A DNA stretch of 64,000 nucleotides from Hyaloraphidium curvatum SAG 235-1 (lineage: Eukaryota > Fungi > Monoblepharomycota), in assembly GCA_025558095.1 (NCBI GenBank), contig JAIVFI010000005.1:62001-126000 (forward strand), written 5' to 3'. The position numbers and the translations under genes are program-made. Shown here piece by piece: positions 20,016 through 30,790 of the stretch. How positions within the stretch are numbered: the first letter of the stretch is position 1; each line of letters starts with the position of its first letter. The notes under the pieces were generated by a model. The model was not told the DNA's origin. It saw only the letters and a list, made by a program, of their open reading frames with translations, and did not search any database.

Positions 20016-22787
20016 CTAACGTCCGTTGCTGCTCCGCAACTCGCGGCCCGGGTTCTTGGACCTCTGCGTCTTTTCCGGGATCGTCGGTGGCGGCACGCCC
20101 TCAAAGCACCCGACCAGCGGGATCAGCTTCTCCCCCTCGCCGCCGTCCGGCTGCGCCGTCGCCGCGTTCCACGTCTTGTTGATGATTTCGCTCGCCGGAT
20201 CGATCTCGTACCCCAGGTCCACCAGCGAGTAGGCCGTGATGTAGCTGAGCGGGTTACCGTTGCTGCTCACAAAGCCCGTCATAAGCTCCTGCTTGAACGT
20301 CGCCTCCCGCCAGTGCCCGCACGTGGTGCCGGGCCGGCGGAACTGGTCCTCCACGGGGACATAGCCCAGCCGCAGGCTGTCCGACGGGTCGACGACGGCG
20401 AGGCTGGCGTTGGCGGCCGGCCCGGTGAACCTGGCGCCCGTGGGATCCGCTCCCCCGTCGACGATGTTCCGGCAGTTCGGGGGGTCGAGGTAGCCCTTGA
20501 GTTCCCAGAGGGTGCCGATCCCAAGGACGTGCCCCATCTCGTGGAGGATGACAGCCTCGAGTATACCGTCCGTAGCCATCGAGTCGAGGTCCGCCGAGTC
20601 AAACCGCATGGAGCCCGTGACGGGAAGGTACTCGTGGGTCGAGCCGGCCGGGCGTATGAACGAGGGGCCGGCCGATCCCAGGATGCCAAACTTGCCGTCG
20701 ATCGGCTCGACGGCGAACCCGATGATGAGGTCGTCGACGGCGCGGCAGTTGAGCCGGGCGGCGTTGCCCACGAACACGCACCCGTTGCCCTCGCTCCCGT
20801 ACGTGTTCTCCGTCAGGTCGCTCTTGATGACGCTCATCCAGGTCTGGGCGGCCTTGACGAAGACGGCATCGTAGGTGGTGATGCTGGAGCACCGCAGCAG
20901 CTCGATGTTGAACACGCTGGCCTCGGTCTGGAATTCGTCGTCGAGCACATAGGGCACGGGGACGTACGTGCATGCCGGATCGACGATGGTGTTGCGGGGG
21001 TCGAGCTCCGGCGTGACAGTCCGCCGCCCCGGTGGGATCGTCGTGGTCGTTCGGCTCGTCGTCGTGGTGGCCGTGAAGGTCGTGGTGGCCGTGCGGCTCG
21101 ATGTGGTGCGGCTCGTCGTCGTCGTGATGGCGAAGGGGAGCACCTCGACTGCCATGGCAACCTTCGGATCCCCAAGGATGCAGACGAAGGTGTCGTAGTT
21201 GATGGTGGGATCCGTAGTGCCGCTGACCGTCTGGAACGGCACGCCGTCCACAAGCGCCCTGGCCGTGTACGCAACCTGCGTCCCCTGCTCGTAGGGCAAC
21301 ACGCAGACGGCGTAGTTGCCGCCCGGGTGCGATCCCGGCCAGTAGATGTTCTCCGGCCCCGGAGCCGTGGAGTAGTCGCGCTCGAGGGACCCGCCGCAGC
21401 TCTGCCGGTTCGAGTAGTTGATCGCCTCGCAATCCCCCGGCGGCTTGACCTGAAGGTCGATGTCGGCGTCGGCCTGCCACGTTAGGTCGAAGGAGAGCGT
21501 CCCGCGCATGATGCAGGTGTCGTAGACGCAGATCTGGCTCGCGTTGCAGGCTGGGGTGCACGCAGGGCCGGGAGGCTGCGGACGGAGGGCGGAGGAGAGC
21601 TCAGTAAAGTGCGCTAGGGAATGCCCCGGAGGTTTAACTCACGGGGAGGGTGGTGGTCGTCGGAACCTGGACGAGCGTTATTGTGGTTGATCGTGCGGTG
21701 GTCGATGAAGGGGCGGGATTGGTCGTAGAGGCCTGCGCGGTGGTGGATCGCTGCGGCACGTCGGTCGTCCCTCCTGGCCCTCCCGAAGTGCACTGCGCGG
21801 TCTTGATCGCGAAAACTGCATGAGATTCCCGGCATCCGCAGCGCTGCCGGCTCTCACCGCCGTCAAGGTCGTAGTCAGGGTAGGCCCTGGGACGGTGATT
21901 GTCGTGGACGCGAGGTTGGTGGAGGTCACGGTCTGCGCGCGGGATCAGGATATGCGGGACGGCCCCCGCAACACACCCGGGATCTCACCGCTGTTACAGT
22001 CGAGGTCAGAGTAGGCCCCGGGACGGTGACTGTCGTGGATGCGACGCTGGTGGAGGTCAACGTCTGTCCGCCGGACCGGATCGATGAGGATCCACGCGCA
22101 CGGCCATCGCATCGGGGCTCCGGCTCACCCGGGTCGTCGGAGCGGTAACGGTACTCGTCTGAGTGGTCGTGGTGGGCACGTTCAGGGTGGTTGTCGAACC
22201 GGGAAGCTGCAGGGTCACGGTTTCGGTCTGGCGGAGGTGGGGGGCGGGATCAGGCACCGGACCGACGTCCCGGCGCGCTGCAAGACGCACAGCCGTGACG
22301 GTGGATCGCGACACGACCGTCGAGGTGCCAAAGACCGTCGTGGTTTGCGGCACGAACTGGCAAGGAGGGCGGGAGACGCGGTCAGCCATCGCCGTCCATC
22401 GCGCCCGCCCCGGCCGCGCGGGAGCCCACCGCGGTCGAAACCGAGACCGAGACCGAGGTGAGCGTCACCACCGACGTGAGCGTGGTCGGCACGGTCCGCG
22501 CGAACGAGACAGTGGTCGTCCCGGTCTTGAGCGTCTTTGTGACCGTCCGCGACACGGTGGTCTTGGTCGTCAGCGTGGACTTGACCGTCCTGAACACCGT
22601 AATCTTGGCCACGGTTTTCGTCACGGTCCTGATCGCGCACGGGCGCGGGGCGGCACCATCGTGAGCATCGGAGGGGCCGGCGGAGGGGCGCGTCCCACTT
22701 GGTTTGCGCCCCCGCGTCGCGCGGCGCCAGGAGGAGAAGCAGCACGGTCAGCAGCGCCGCGATCGCGCGCGCGGGGAGGCAGGCCAT
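20016..22787 (-). CDS. Secreted zinc metalloprotease: Thr/Val-rich stalk + YfaP/DUF2135-like domain + leishmanolysin (M8)-like domain
   Basis: Signal peptide MACLPARAIAALLTVLLLLLA; multi-exon TKTVT-rich region; LTWQADADIDLQV...GPENIYW; GILGSAGP, HEMGHVLGIG, GHWRE...ELMTG (Met-turn). Confidence 0.85.
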
Positions 22788-23217
22788 CGCGCCGGTTCGG
22801 GCGGTTTTCAGGCACCGACGGGGGTCATTTTTTCGGGCGGTGCCTCGAGCCATGACGGGTCAGCCAGGGGACACAGCACCCGATGGGCACTGTCCAATGC
22901 GGGTGACGTCATCTCCGTTCTCGTTCACCTTGGCAGCGCTCGATCAATCGTAAACATCTCATGCTTTTCTCATCCAGGACGGCGCGCAAACAGGGCGGCA
23001 GGTTCTTTCGACTGACGTCATGCTCTGCGGCATGCCAATCAGACAAACCCAGCCCGACACCGGAAGCTATATCAGCTTTTCCGTCATCAACTCATTGGAC
23101 ATCAGATCGGCGTCGCGAGCCGCGGTGACCGCCTCTCCCTGCCCGTGATGGCGGTGCTGGCAGTCCTCTCCTCCTCTCGCATCCGCGATCGCCAAGCCTG
23201 GTCAGAACGAACAACGC

Positions 23218-24060
23218 TCAGGTTCCTCCGCTTTCCTGCACCCCCTCGTCCCCATCCAGTGTGCCGAGCCCCAGATCCCCGTCCATCAGCGCCTCCCTCT
23301 CCCTCCTCCCCCCCGCCCTCTGCTCCCTCCGCACGGCGTCCATCTCCTCCCTCGTCTCCGCATCCCCTTCGAGCAGCAGCACCCCCTTCCCCCCCTTCCT
23401 CCTCTCCCCCTCATCCGCCTCCCCGCCGACGTCGAACTTGCCCCCCTCCCTCCCCCGTTCCTCCCTCCCGCTCCACACCGCGAAATGGTGCAGCACGATC
23501 CCCGCGGCGACCACCACGTTCAGGCTTGCCGTCCCCGCGCCATACTGGGGCACGTAGACCAGCCCATCGCACGCCGCGACCTCGTCGGGGCGCAGGCCGC
23601 ATCCTTCCTCGCCCAGCAGGAAGACGGTGCTCGCGCGGAAGGGGTGCAGGTGCGCCGCCCGGGCGTCGGGCGCGATCTCGACGCCCAGCACGTCGCATCC
23701 CCGGTCCTTGTAGTACCCCCGCGCCTCTTTCAGCGTGTTGAACCTCCGCACGGGGACGAAGCTCCCCGCGCCGTGCGCGCCGAACGTGGAGAAGCGCCCG
23801 GGGGAACCGACCCAGGCCAGCTCGCGGCAGGCGAATGCGGCCATGGTGCGGAGGAGGGGGCCGACGTTGGAGCGCTTGGAGACGCCGCGGTTGAGGAGGA
23901 CGGCGGAGAAGGGGGGTTCCGGTGCGGAGGGGAGGGAGGAGGAGGGGCCAGGGGAGGAAGGGGGGCTGGGGGACGACAGGGCGGGGCTCGGTGGATCTAC
24001 GGCATCTCCAGACACGGGCTCCGTGATTGCGGATTGTCCAGATTGTTCGGAGTCGTCCAT
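23218..24060 (-). CDS. SpoU/TrmH-family RNA 2'-O-methyltransferase
   Basis: KRSNVGPLLRT, VLGVEI, FLLGEEGCGL, VYVPQYGAGTASLNV SPOUT motifs. Confidence 0.9.
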   Translation of the reverse strand: MDDSEQSGQSAITEPVSGDAVDPPSPALSSPSPPSSPGPSSSLPSAPEPPFSAVLLNRGVSKRSNVGPLLRTMAAFACRELAWVGSPGRFSTFGAHGAGSFVPVRRFNTLKEARGYYKDRGCDVLGVEIAPDARAAHLHPFRASTVFLLGEEGCGLRPDEVAACDGLVYVPQYGAGTASLNVVVAAGIVLHHFAVWSGREERGREGGKFDVGGEADEGERRKGGKGVLLLEGDAETREEMDAVRREQRAGGRREREALMDGDLGLGTLDGDEGVQESGGT

Positions 24061-24155
24061 TCTCCGTGCCGTAACTGCTCCCAAGTGTCGTGTTTACGGC
24101 TGTTTACGCGACGCCCGACGCGTCCGCAGCCCATTCATCACCTCCACATCCCGCG

Positions 24156-25364
24156 ATGCGCATCGGCGTTGTCGGCGCCAACTCGGGCCGCACGGCGTCT
24201 GCCGCGCTGTCCGCGCTCCTGCGAGCGGGGCACTCGCTGTCGGTGCTCTCGTCGGACCCCGCGCAGCTGCCCGACTTCGGCCCGTCCGCCAAGGCGCGCA
24301 TCGTGCCCGGCAGGCCGTGGGACGAGGCGGCGCTGCGGGACTTTATTCTGAGAGAGTGCCTGTGCCTGGGCAGGGGAGGCGGCGACTGGCCGCCGCGCGT
24401 GGCAGGCACCCCCGAGCGGGAGAAGGCCGCCGACGCGGTCGTCGTGCTCGTCTCGCACGCAGAGCCGCACGGCCCGCCGCCGGACATTGTCGAGCGCACG
24501 CTGTCGATCGTGCTGAAATTGGTGGCCGAGGGCTGCGGCTGCACTTTCGGGGACCCCGAGGAGGAGGGCGCCACGCAGGAGGACGCGTCCGCGACGCCCC
24601 CGGGGGTCGCCAGGGACGGCATCAGCGACCTGTTCGGCCGCCCCGACGACGACCGCGCCGATGGCGACGGGCCCAGCTTCGCCGAAAAGATCAGGGAGGA
24701 GGAGCGCACCGCCTCTGCGGCTCCCGAGGCCGCCCTCGCAGGCGGCGGCGCCACCGGCCTCGCCCTCTCCACCTCGGCATCGGCCGCCGCCTCCCGCCGC
24801 CGGCGCAAGGCCGGCGACCCCGCGCCCTCCACCAACCCCACCCCCGACCAGGACGACGACAAGGACCCCCGCGGCACCGACCGCCCGTCGACCCCCACCC
24901 GCCCGCGCAAACCCGCCCAGGCATCCTCCCCCGCCTCCTCCCCGCCGGGCACCCCCACCCCCTCCGGTCCTCCCGCCACCCTCGTCTCGTACACCACCCA
25001 CCCGCCGCGCCTGATCTTCCTCCTCCCGCCCGGCACCCAGCCCCCGGGGCCTCCGGCACCCCGCGACGCCTCCCTCGTCTCGCGGCTCTTCTCCGGGGAA
25101 GACCGCGTGCGCGGCGACGCCGCGCGCGCCATGCGGGTCGCCGCATCGAGCCCCGCGCGCGGGCTGGGGGTGTTCCTCCGCCCGGCGGAGAGGATCGTCG
25201 ACGCCGGGGGACGCAGGACGGACGCGGTGGCGGGGAGGGACGGCAAGGCGGGGCAGGCGAGCGTGGACAGGGCGGGGTTGGTGGCGTTCGTGGTGCGATG
25301 CGCGGAGGGGGGGGAGGAGTGGGGGAAATGGAGGGGAGCGTGGCCCGTGGTGCTGAGCGAGTGA
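24156..25364 (+). CDS. Degenerate NAD(P)-binding Rossmann (NmrA/BLVRB-like) protein with a large low-complexity insert
   Basis: MRIGVVGANSGRTASA...LLRAGHSLSVL N-terminus; ADAVV; C-terminal LRP...VDRAGLVAFVV. Confidence 0.6.
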   Translation: MRIGVVGANSGRTASAALSALLRAGHSLSVLSSDPAQLPDFGPSAKARIVPGRPWDEAALRDFILRECLCLGRGGGDWPPRVAGTPEREKAADAVVVLVSHAEPHGPPPDIVERTLSIVLKLVAEGCGCTFGDPEEEGATQEDASATPPGVARDGISDLFGRPDDDRADGDGPSFAEKIREEERTASAAPEAALAGGGATGLALSTSASAAASRRRRKAGDPAPSTNPTPDQDDDKDPRGTDRPSTPTRPRKPAQASSPASSPPGTPTPSGPPATLVSYTTHPPRLIFLLPPGTQPPGPPAPRDASLVSRLFSGEDRVRGDAARAMRVAASSPARGLGVFLRPAERIVDAGGRRTDAVAGRDGKAGQASVDRAGLVAFVVRCAEGGEEWGKWRGAWPVVLSE

Positions 25365-25410
25365 ATCGGAACGTTGCTGCATTGACCCCATCGATCCCCC
25401 GGCGCACGCG

Positions 25411-27063
25411 TCAATGAAAGCGCCCGCCCGTAAGGGCCGCGACCTTCTTCCAGAAGGCCCGCTCCGATTCCCATCGTTTGAGACTGTCATCTCGCAAGCT
25501 TCTGCCCCCCGCCGTGAAGCAGAAGCCGTCCTCCGGTTTCGGGATCTGCCAGTCAACGTGCACCTTGCCGATGCTCCGCCAGTAGTCCGGATCCGGCTCC
25601 GCGAGAACGGTGCAATGCCGCGCATCGCACTGGATTCCATCCTTTGGCCGGTGCTGGTATATAAGCTCCAGCTCTTCGACCTTGGGAAAACTTTCGGGGA
25701 GAAACGTGTGAGTGAATCCGTTGAGGACCAGACGTTCCAGGCCCGCCATGTTGTTGATTGCGGACCAGTCTAGGCGATCCCAATCGCTGGTCCGGTTCAG
25801 CTTCAGCTCAGCAGGGCGGAAGCTTGCGTGGGCTACCAGGGGTCCAAAGTGGCCTGGACGATTGCGTCCTAGATCAAAGCTCCGAATCTTCGCAACGAAG
25901 GCGTCGCAGAAGAGTGCTCGTGAGGGAGTGCCCGCAAAGTGCACATCAACAACCGAGGCCGAGGCTCCAATCGAACGATACAGGGCCCGAAAGTTGTCTT
26001 CCATGTCGAAAACGCCCGTGAACTCTTGCAAATGCAGCTCGTGCACGGTCTTTGGGATAGAAACGCTCCTCAACCAAGCTGCAGAATCCCTGTCACGAAC
26101 AGTGATCCAGAGCACACGCAGTGCCGAGAGTCTCTCAACCTTTGGCCAATACTGTTCGTACCTGGCATCCATCTTCAGCACTTCCAGGTTCCTCAACTGA
26201 TCCAAGACGGATAGCTGGACTTTGAGTGCCTCGGGCTGAAGCTGCCAGCCACGCACAGCGCGCCCAAGATCGAGTTCGTTGACGAGCTCCCACTGCGATT
26301 TCTTCTTGGCGCCAGCCAGGAAACCCTTCCACTTCCTGATCGACGAGTTGGGCGCGACAGGGTCAAGGGTCAGGCTGACTTCCTTCCACAGCAGCTCCAT
26401 TCCGATCCCGCGAAACGAGCGGCATCCGCGCACGCAGGCAGCCAGCGTGGCGAGCTTCTTATCGCGCTGGAGGATGGCAAAAATCTCCCTGATCAGCTCG
26501 TTCGGGAGCCGAGGGCTTGTAGCGACCACGTGGTCGCCTCCAGGCTGCCCTGCCGGATCACCGGCATCGTCTGCGGGTTGATCGGGGGCCGAGTCGTCCT
26601 GGTCTTGATCGACGAGCAGGTTGTCGTCCGTCTGAATCGCAGCTTCGGCAGCAGCACCGTCGGCGGGCCCATCGTCCAGATTTCCGTCGAGATCCGCAGG
26701 CTCGACATGGACTTCGAGATCCTTGATCGGATTCGCGGGAGGGGCAGCGGCCCGCAGGAGGGCCGCCCAGTTGTACTCCGCGGTGCGCTTCGCGGCGGCA
26801 GCCCGGCCCAGCTCCGCGTCGGCAGAGTCCTTGGCGTGCAACGCGAGCGCCCAGGCGAGATCCGCGTCGTCCTTGGCGCTCTCTGCGGCCGCCAATCGTT
26901 CGCTAGGTCCGGCCAGGAGCGCGGCCCAGGCGTGCAAGGCCTGCTGCTTCGCCTGAACGCGGGCGGCGAGGGCAGCCTCCGCGTCCTTCGCGGCACCCAG
27001 GGCCGAGGCCCAGACCATCTGCGCTTCGTGCATGCGGGACTCGGCGGTGGCGATGGCATCCAT
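25411..27063 (-). CDS. Intronless F-box/LRR-like protein (paralogue B of 18289-19959)
   Basis: Collinear similarity throughout, e.g. RLPNELIREIFAILQRDKKLATLAACVRGC, GWQLQPEALKVQL, WESER..WKKVAALTGGRF. Confidence 0.8.
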   Translation of the reverse strand: MDAIATAESRMHEAQMVWASALGAAKDAEAALAARVQAKQQALHAWAALLAGPSERLAAAESAKDDADLAWALALHAKDSADAELGRAAAAKRTAEYNWAALLRAAAPPANPIKDLEVHVEPADLDGNLDDGPADGAAAEAAIQTDDNLLVDQDQDDSAPDQPADDAGDPAGQPGGDHVVATSPRLPNELIREIFAILQRDKKLATLAACVRGCRSFRGIGMELLWKEVSLTLDPVAPNSSIRKWKGFLAGAKKKSQWELVNELDLGRAVRGWQLQPEALKVQLSVLDQLRNLEVLKMDARYEQYWPKVERLSALRVLWITVRDRDSAAWLRSVSIPKTVHELHLQEFTGVFDMEDNFRALYRSIGASASVVDVHFAGTPSRALFCDAFVAKIRSFDLGRNRPGHFGPLVAHASFRPAELKLNRTSDWDRLDWSAINNMAGLERLVLNGFTHTFLPESFPKVEELELIYQHRPKDGIQCDARHCTVLAEPDPDYWRSIGKVHVDWQIPKPEDGFCFTAGGRSLRDDSLKRWESERAFWKKVAALTGGRFH

Positions 27064-27288
27064 CGTTGCGGGGATGGTCGAAGAGTCGAGTCAAAGTCGT
27101 TTGAGAGGACAGCCAGTGCCACACTGCGCGGCCCCGCGCCATTAGAGACTATGGGCGCAGGCACCGACGGTGCCCACGGCGCTGTTTTTCCGGCAGCTAG
27201 AGCGCAAATGGGAAGCCCAATCACTGCCAGACCCCACTGGTGAACAAGTACATGGTCTCGGATGGCCCTGGGCATTGAAGGAAGACGG

Positions 27289-30200
27289 CTAGGTCCCAAA
27301 GTCGCTCCCCGGTTCCGGCGTGCCCCGCGAAAGGACACCTAGGTCGAAAAGTTGCCCCCCGGCTCCAGCTGACCCCGCAGCACCTCCATCTCTTCGGGCG
27401 AAGGGCCCACCCACACAGACGCCGCCTCCCCAGCCTGGTCCGGCTGCAGGAGCGACCTGGTTCGACGTCGTCAGCCCGATTGCGAGGCAGAAGCCGCGCG
27501 CAAAGGGGACCCACATGATGTCCTTCTCGACGAGGTTCCTGATGATCGTGTAGGCCGTGTGGATGTTGCGGAAGCTCCCCCCCACGTCCGCCAGCCCCTC
27601 GAGCACCCCGTCCACGTCGTCGACCAGGTTCCTCACCGTCACCAGCGCCGCCGTCGTCGTCTCGGCGTCGCAGGCGCCGGAATGCAGCAGCGCGCGGAAC
27701 TTTCGTATCGCCACCACGTGCACCCAGCACGCCCGCAGCGCGAGGTGGCCCCAGACGGGGCTGATCCGCTTGACCTCCTCCCGGCGCTGCATGGCGTACC
27801 GCTTATCCGCCTCGGCGGGGGTCTCGCCCGGGTGCGCGGGGCCCGGGTCGGGGTCCACGCGGAGGGTGCCGCGGGTGATGCGGGAGATGGTCATCGCGAG
27901 GGCTTCGGCCTCGACGAATTGCGGGCTGTAGGGCCAGCTCTCGTCGGCGGTGACCTGGTCGAAGATGTCCGAGGGGCAGTTGAGGATGAGGGGGAAGGAG
28001 AAGATGAAGACGAGCGAGTTTGGCCTGTGGGTCAACGAGATCATCACGTCAGATCCACGGCACTGACATCCGGTCTCGAGCACTCACAGGCACGGCCTCC
28101 ACTTCCTCCCCCACTCCCTCTCGCACAGATCCCTCAGCCCCCTCCCGTCCGCCTGCTCCACCAGCGCCGCGATCTCGCGGTGCAAATCCGCAAAGAACTC
28201 GGCCGTCCCCTCTGCCAACTCCGCCCGCATACGCCTCGCCGCCCGCTCCTCCTCCGTTACCCCCTCTGGCGGCGCATGCAGGCGCCAGCCGCGCGCGAGA
28301 AAGTACCGCCGGCAGCGCACGAAGCGGTTCCACATGTCCGCCATGGCCATCTGCAGCCAGATGTAACCCCCACGGAGGCATCCACGACCGACGTAGCGCG
28401 AAAGCGACCGGCGAAGCGGGGAGTCGCGGGGGAGAGACCAGCGGAAGTAGAGTTCGCCCAACGTGTAGGGGCTCGGTTCCGAAAGGACGGGCAGGAGCGA
28501 GGTGGTGACCCGATAGGGCGGTCCGGGGAGGTTGATCGTGCGTTCCGCCTCGAGCATGCCGGCCCACAGCTCCGGTGCCGTCGACGATGCGGGCAGCGCG
28601 TCGAGAAAGACTTCAGGCAGGCTGCACATGCGCATGTTGGCCCATCCAGTCGTCCACCTGCCTTGCCCGTCGCGCTCGAATGGAGGCGGCGGATAGAGGA
28701 CTGGGAGGATGCCGCTGTTGTCCGCCTTGACCGGGTCCGAGAGGATGTAAATGACGCACTGCCGCGAGCGCATTTCGCTCCGGATGTACTCGGGCAGGTT
28801 GCGCGGATCCGGCGGGACGGAGTCCACGGCGAGCTCGCCGAAGCGCATGAGGCGGAAAAGCCCGTTGAAAACCTCCATGATCCTGGCGTGGTGCGATGCC
28901 AGCCCCAGGACGACGGCATTGTACCGGCACTGGTGGCAGAAGAACATGAGGTTGGTCAGCCGCGCCAGCAGCACGGGGTCCGGTGACGCCGGGTCCAGCT
29001 CGAGGTTCGGCAGCCGCTGCAGCGCTTCCCACTCGGAAAACAGGCGGTGCAAGCACTCGTCCCTGAGCTCCCGCGCCCAGCCGCCGTCGGAGGCGAATAC
29101 GCGCTCCCAAGCGGGCCCTGAGGCGCGCGCCTTGGCGAGCCCAATCTCGGGGTCGGCCATGCGGATGCCGCTCAACAGCGTGCCCAGGAGGAGCGACGGG
29201 TCGACGCGGCCCGTAGCCACCTCGTCGTAGAAGGTCGGCGGGTGCAGGCCGGCCATCCGAACGTAGTCGAACTCGAAGAACTGGGATATGAGGTACGATG
29301 CCACAGGCCAGGGAGGCAGAAGAGATGCCGGTATGTTCGGGTAGAGCGTCGAGAGGGGTTTCAACGGCGCCGGAATGGGCAACGAAGGGAGCAGCGCGGC
29401 CGCGAGCAAGGGATAAGGCACAAAGTCAACTGGATTCGCCGGCGGTTCGTTGGCCGGGGCCAGGTTCGGGTCCTCAACCGCTTCTTCGGCCTTGGGCGAG
29501 TAGGTCCTGTCGGCCGCGGAGCCAGCAGCGGCGCCATTGGCCCCGATCGAGTAGGGTTCCGGCGACACCATCGCGAGCAGGTCCAGCGGCGACGCGGGAA
29601 CCGGCGTCCCGGGTCCATACGGCGCGTTGCCGTTCCTGCCTGGGAGGCCGTACTCGCCGTGCCCGTAGTGCGGCGTCCGCATGCTACCTGCCGGCGACGG
29701 AGCTACAAACTCGTACACGGGCGATTGGCGGCCGTACTCGAACGGCTGAGCGCCGAACGCTGGGGCCGCGGGGGAAGGATCGGGCAACCGCCTGGTTGCT
29801 CCGTTCAGAAGAGCACCCAGGGTTGTGTGTCCATCCGCGACAGCCGAATACGGTCCGTCGGGATAAGCAGCGGGCATCGGCGCCAGAAACTGGGCGGCGT
29901 GGGCCTCGTGATGGCCCGGAGGGGAAACCGGGCCGGTTGCCTGCCCAGCCATTGGCTCTTCGTATTGCAGCTCGCCCGGGCCCGAGAGTCCGAGTCGGAC
30001 ACGGCACGGAATGCTCTCCTGGCTCCTCCGAATGTGGCGCTTCAATGCATCCATCCGGTTGAACGCCGTGCCGCAGTCGTTGCACACGAAACGACGGGCC
30101 GAGGTGTCGCCAGCTTCTTCGCCGTGCGTCGTGGCGTTATGGCGGCGCAGCTCGTAGATCCGCCCAAAGACCAGGCCGGGGCACCTCTCGCAATTGAAGG

Positions 30201-30640
30201 TCTTGGCCAGCCCGAGGTGCTTCTTCCTGTGAACCCGCAAGTTGGCTGTCGGCACAACATGAGCATCTACGTCGACTCCAAGACGTTGCCCGTTACCCAC
30301 CGTACCGCTTGAAGGCGAAGCCGCAGTCGGTGCAGACGAAGCGCCTCTCCCCACTGCCGTCAGAATCCCCCCCGTCCGACGACGCCGAAGCCGACTGTTT
30401 CTGGGCCACCCGCTTCTCCGGCGCCGCCGCAGAGCTGCTCCGCGGGGCCGTCTTCCCCTTCCCGGCCTGTGACGGCCTGCGGGCACGCGGCGGGGGCGGG
30501 GGACCGCCCGCTTCGCCGCCGTCGTCGCCGCTGCCCTCTCCGTCCTCGGCCGCCGCCGCGGCACGGCCATTGACGTGTTCATCGTAGTCATCCGACGCAT
30601 CGCCGGACGAGCCGGGCGACCGTTTGCGCTTCGCCGACAT
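27289..30640 (-). CDS. C2H2 zinc-finger transcription factor with fungal-specific TF (middle homology) region
   Basis: NLS KRKR; three fingers (FVCTDCGFAFKR..NLRVHRKKH; FNCERC..ELRRHNATTH; FVCNDCGTAFNRMDALKRH); FFEF..GLHPPTF; introns near 30250-30305 and 28000-28085. Confidence 0.85.
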
Positions 30641-30790
30641 CTAGGCGAACGCGTGTGTGGCAACTCCAGCGATTGCAGGCAAACTCGGACCCGCGAGTTC
30701 CCGACATTCCCGAGATCCGATCTACGTCTATGCGGCCGCTATTTACAAGGATGCCATCGATCAGAGCCAATCAGACCAAGATGTATGCCT

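Noticed and set aside
19884-25640. Long overlapping ORFs (e.g. 19884-21485+, 23735-25417+, 24138-25640-), and similarly 48466-50208+ and 61167-62474+
   Set aside because: Arg/Gly/Pro-rich antisense or off-frame shadows of real genes, expected at this GC content.
18289-27063. Composite transposon interpretation of the inverted paralogues
   Set aside because: No transposase, terminal inverted repeats or target-site duplication; the copies are substantially diverged F-box genes.
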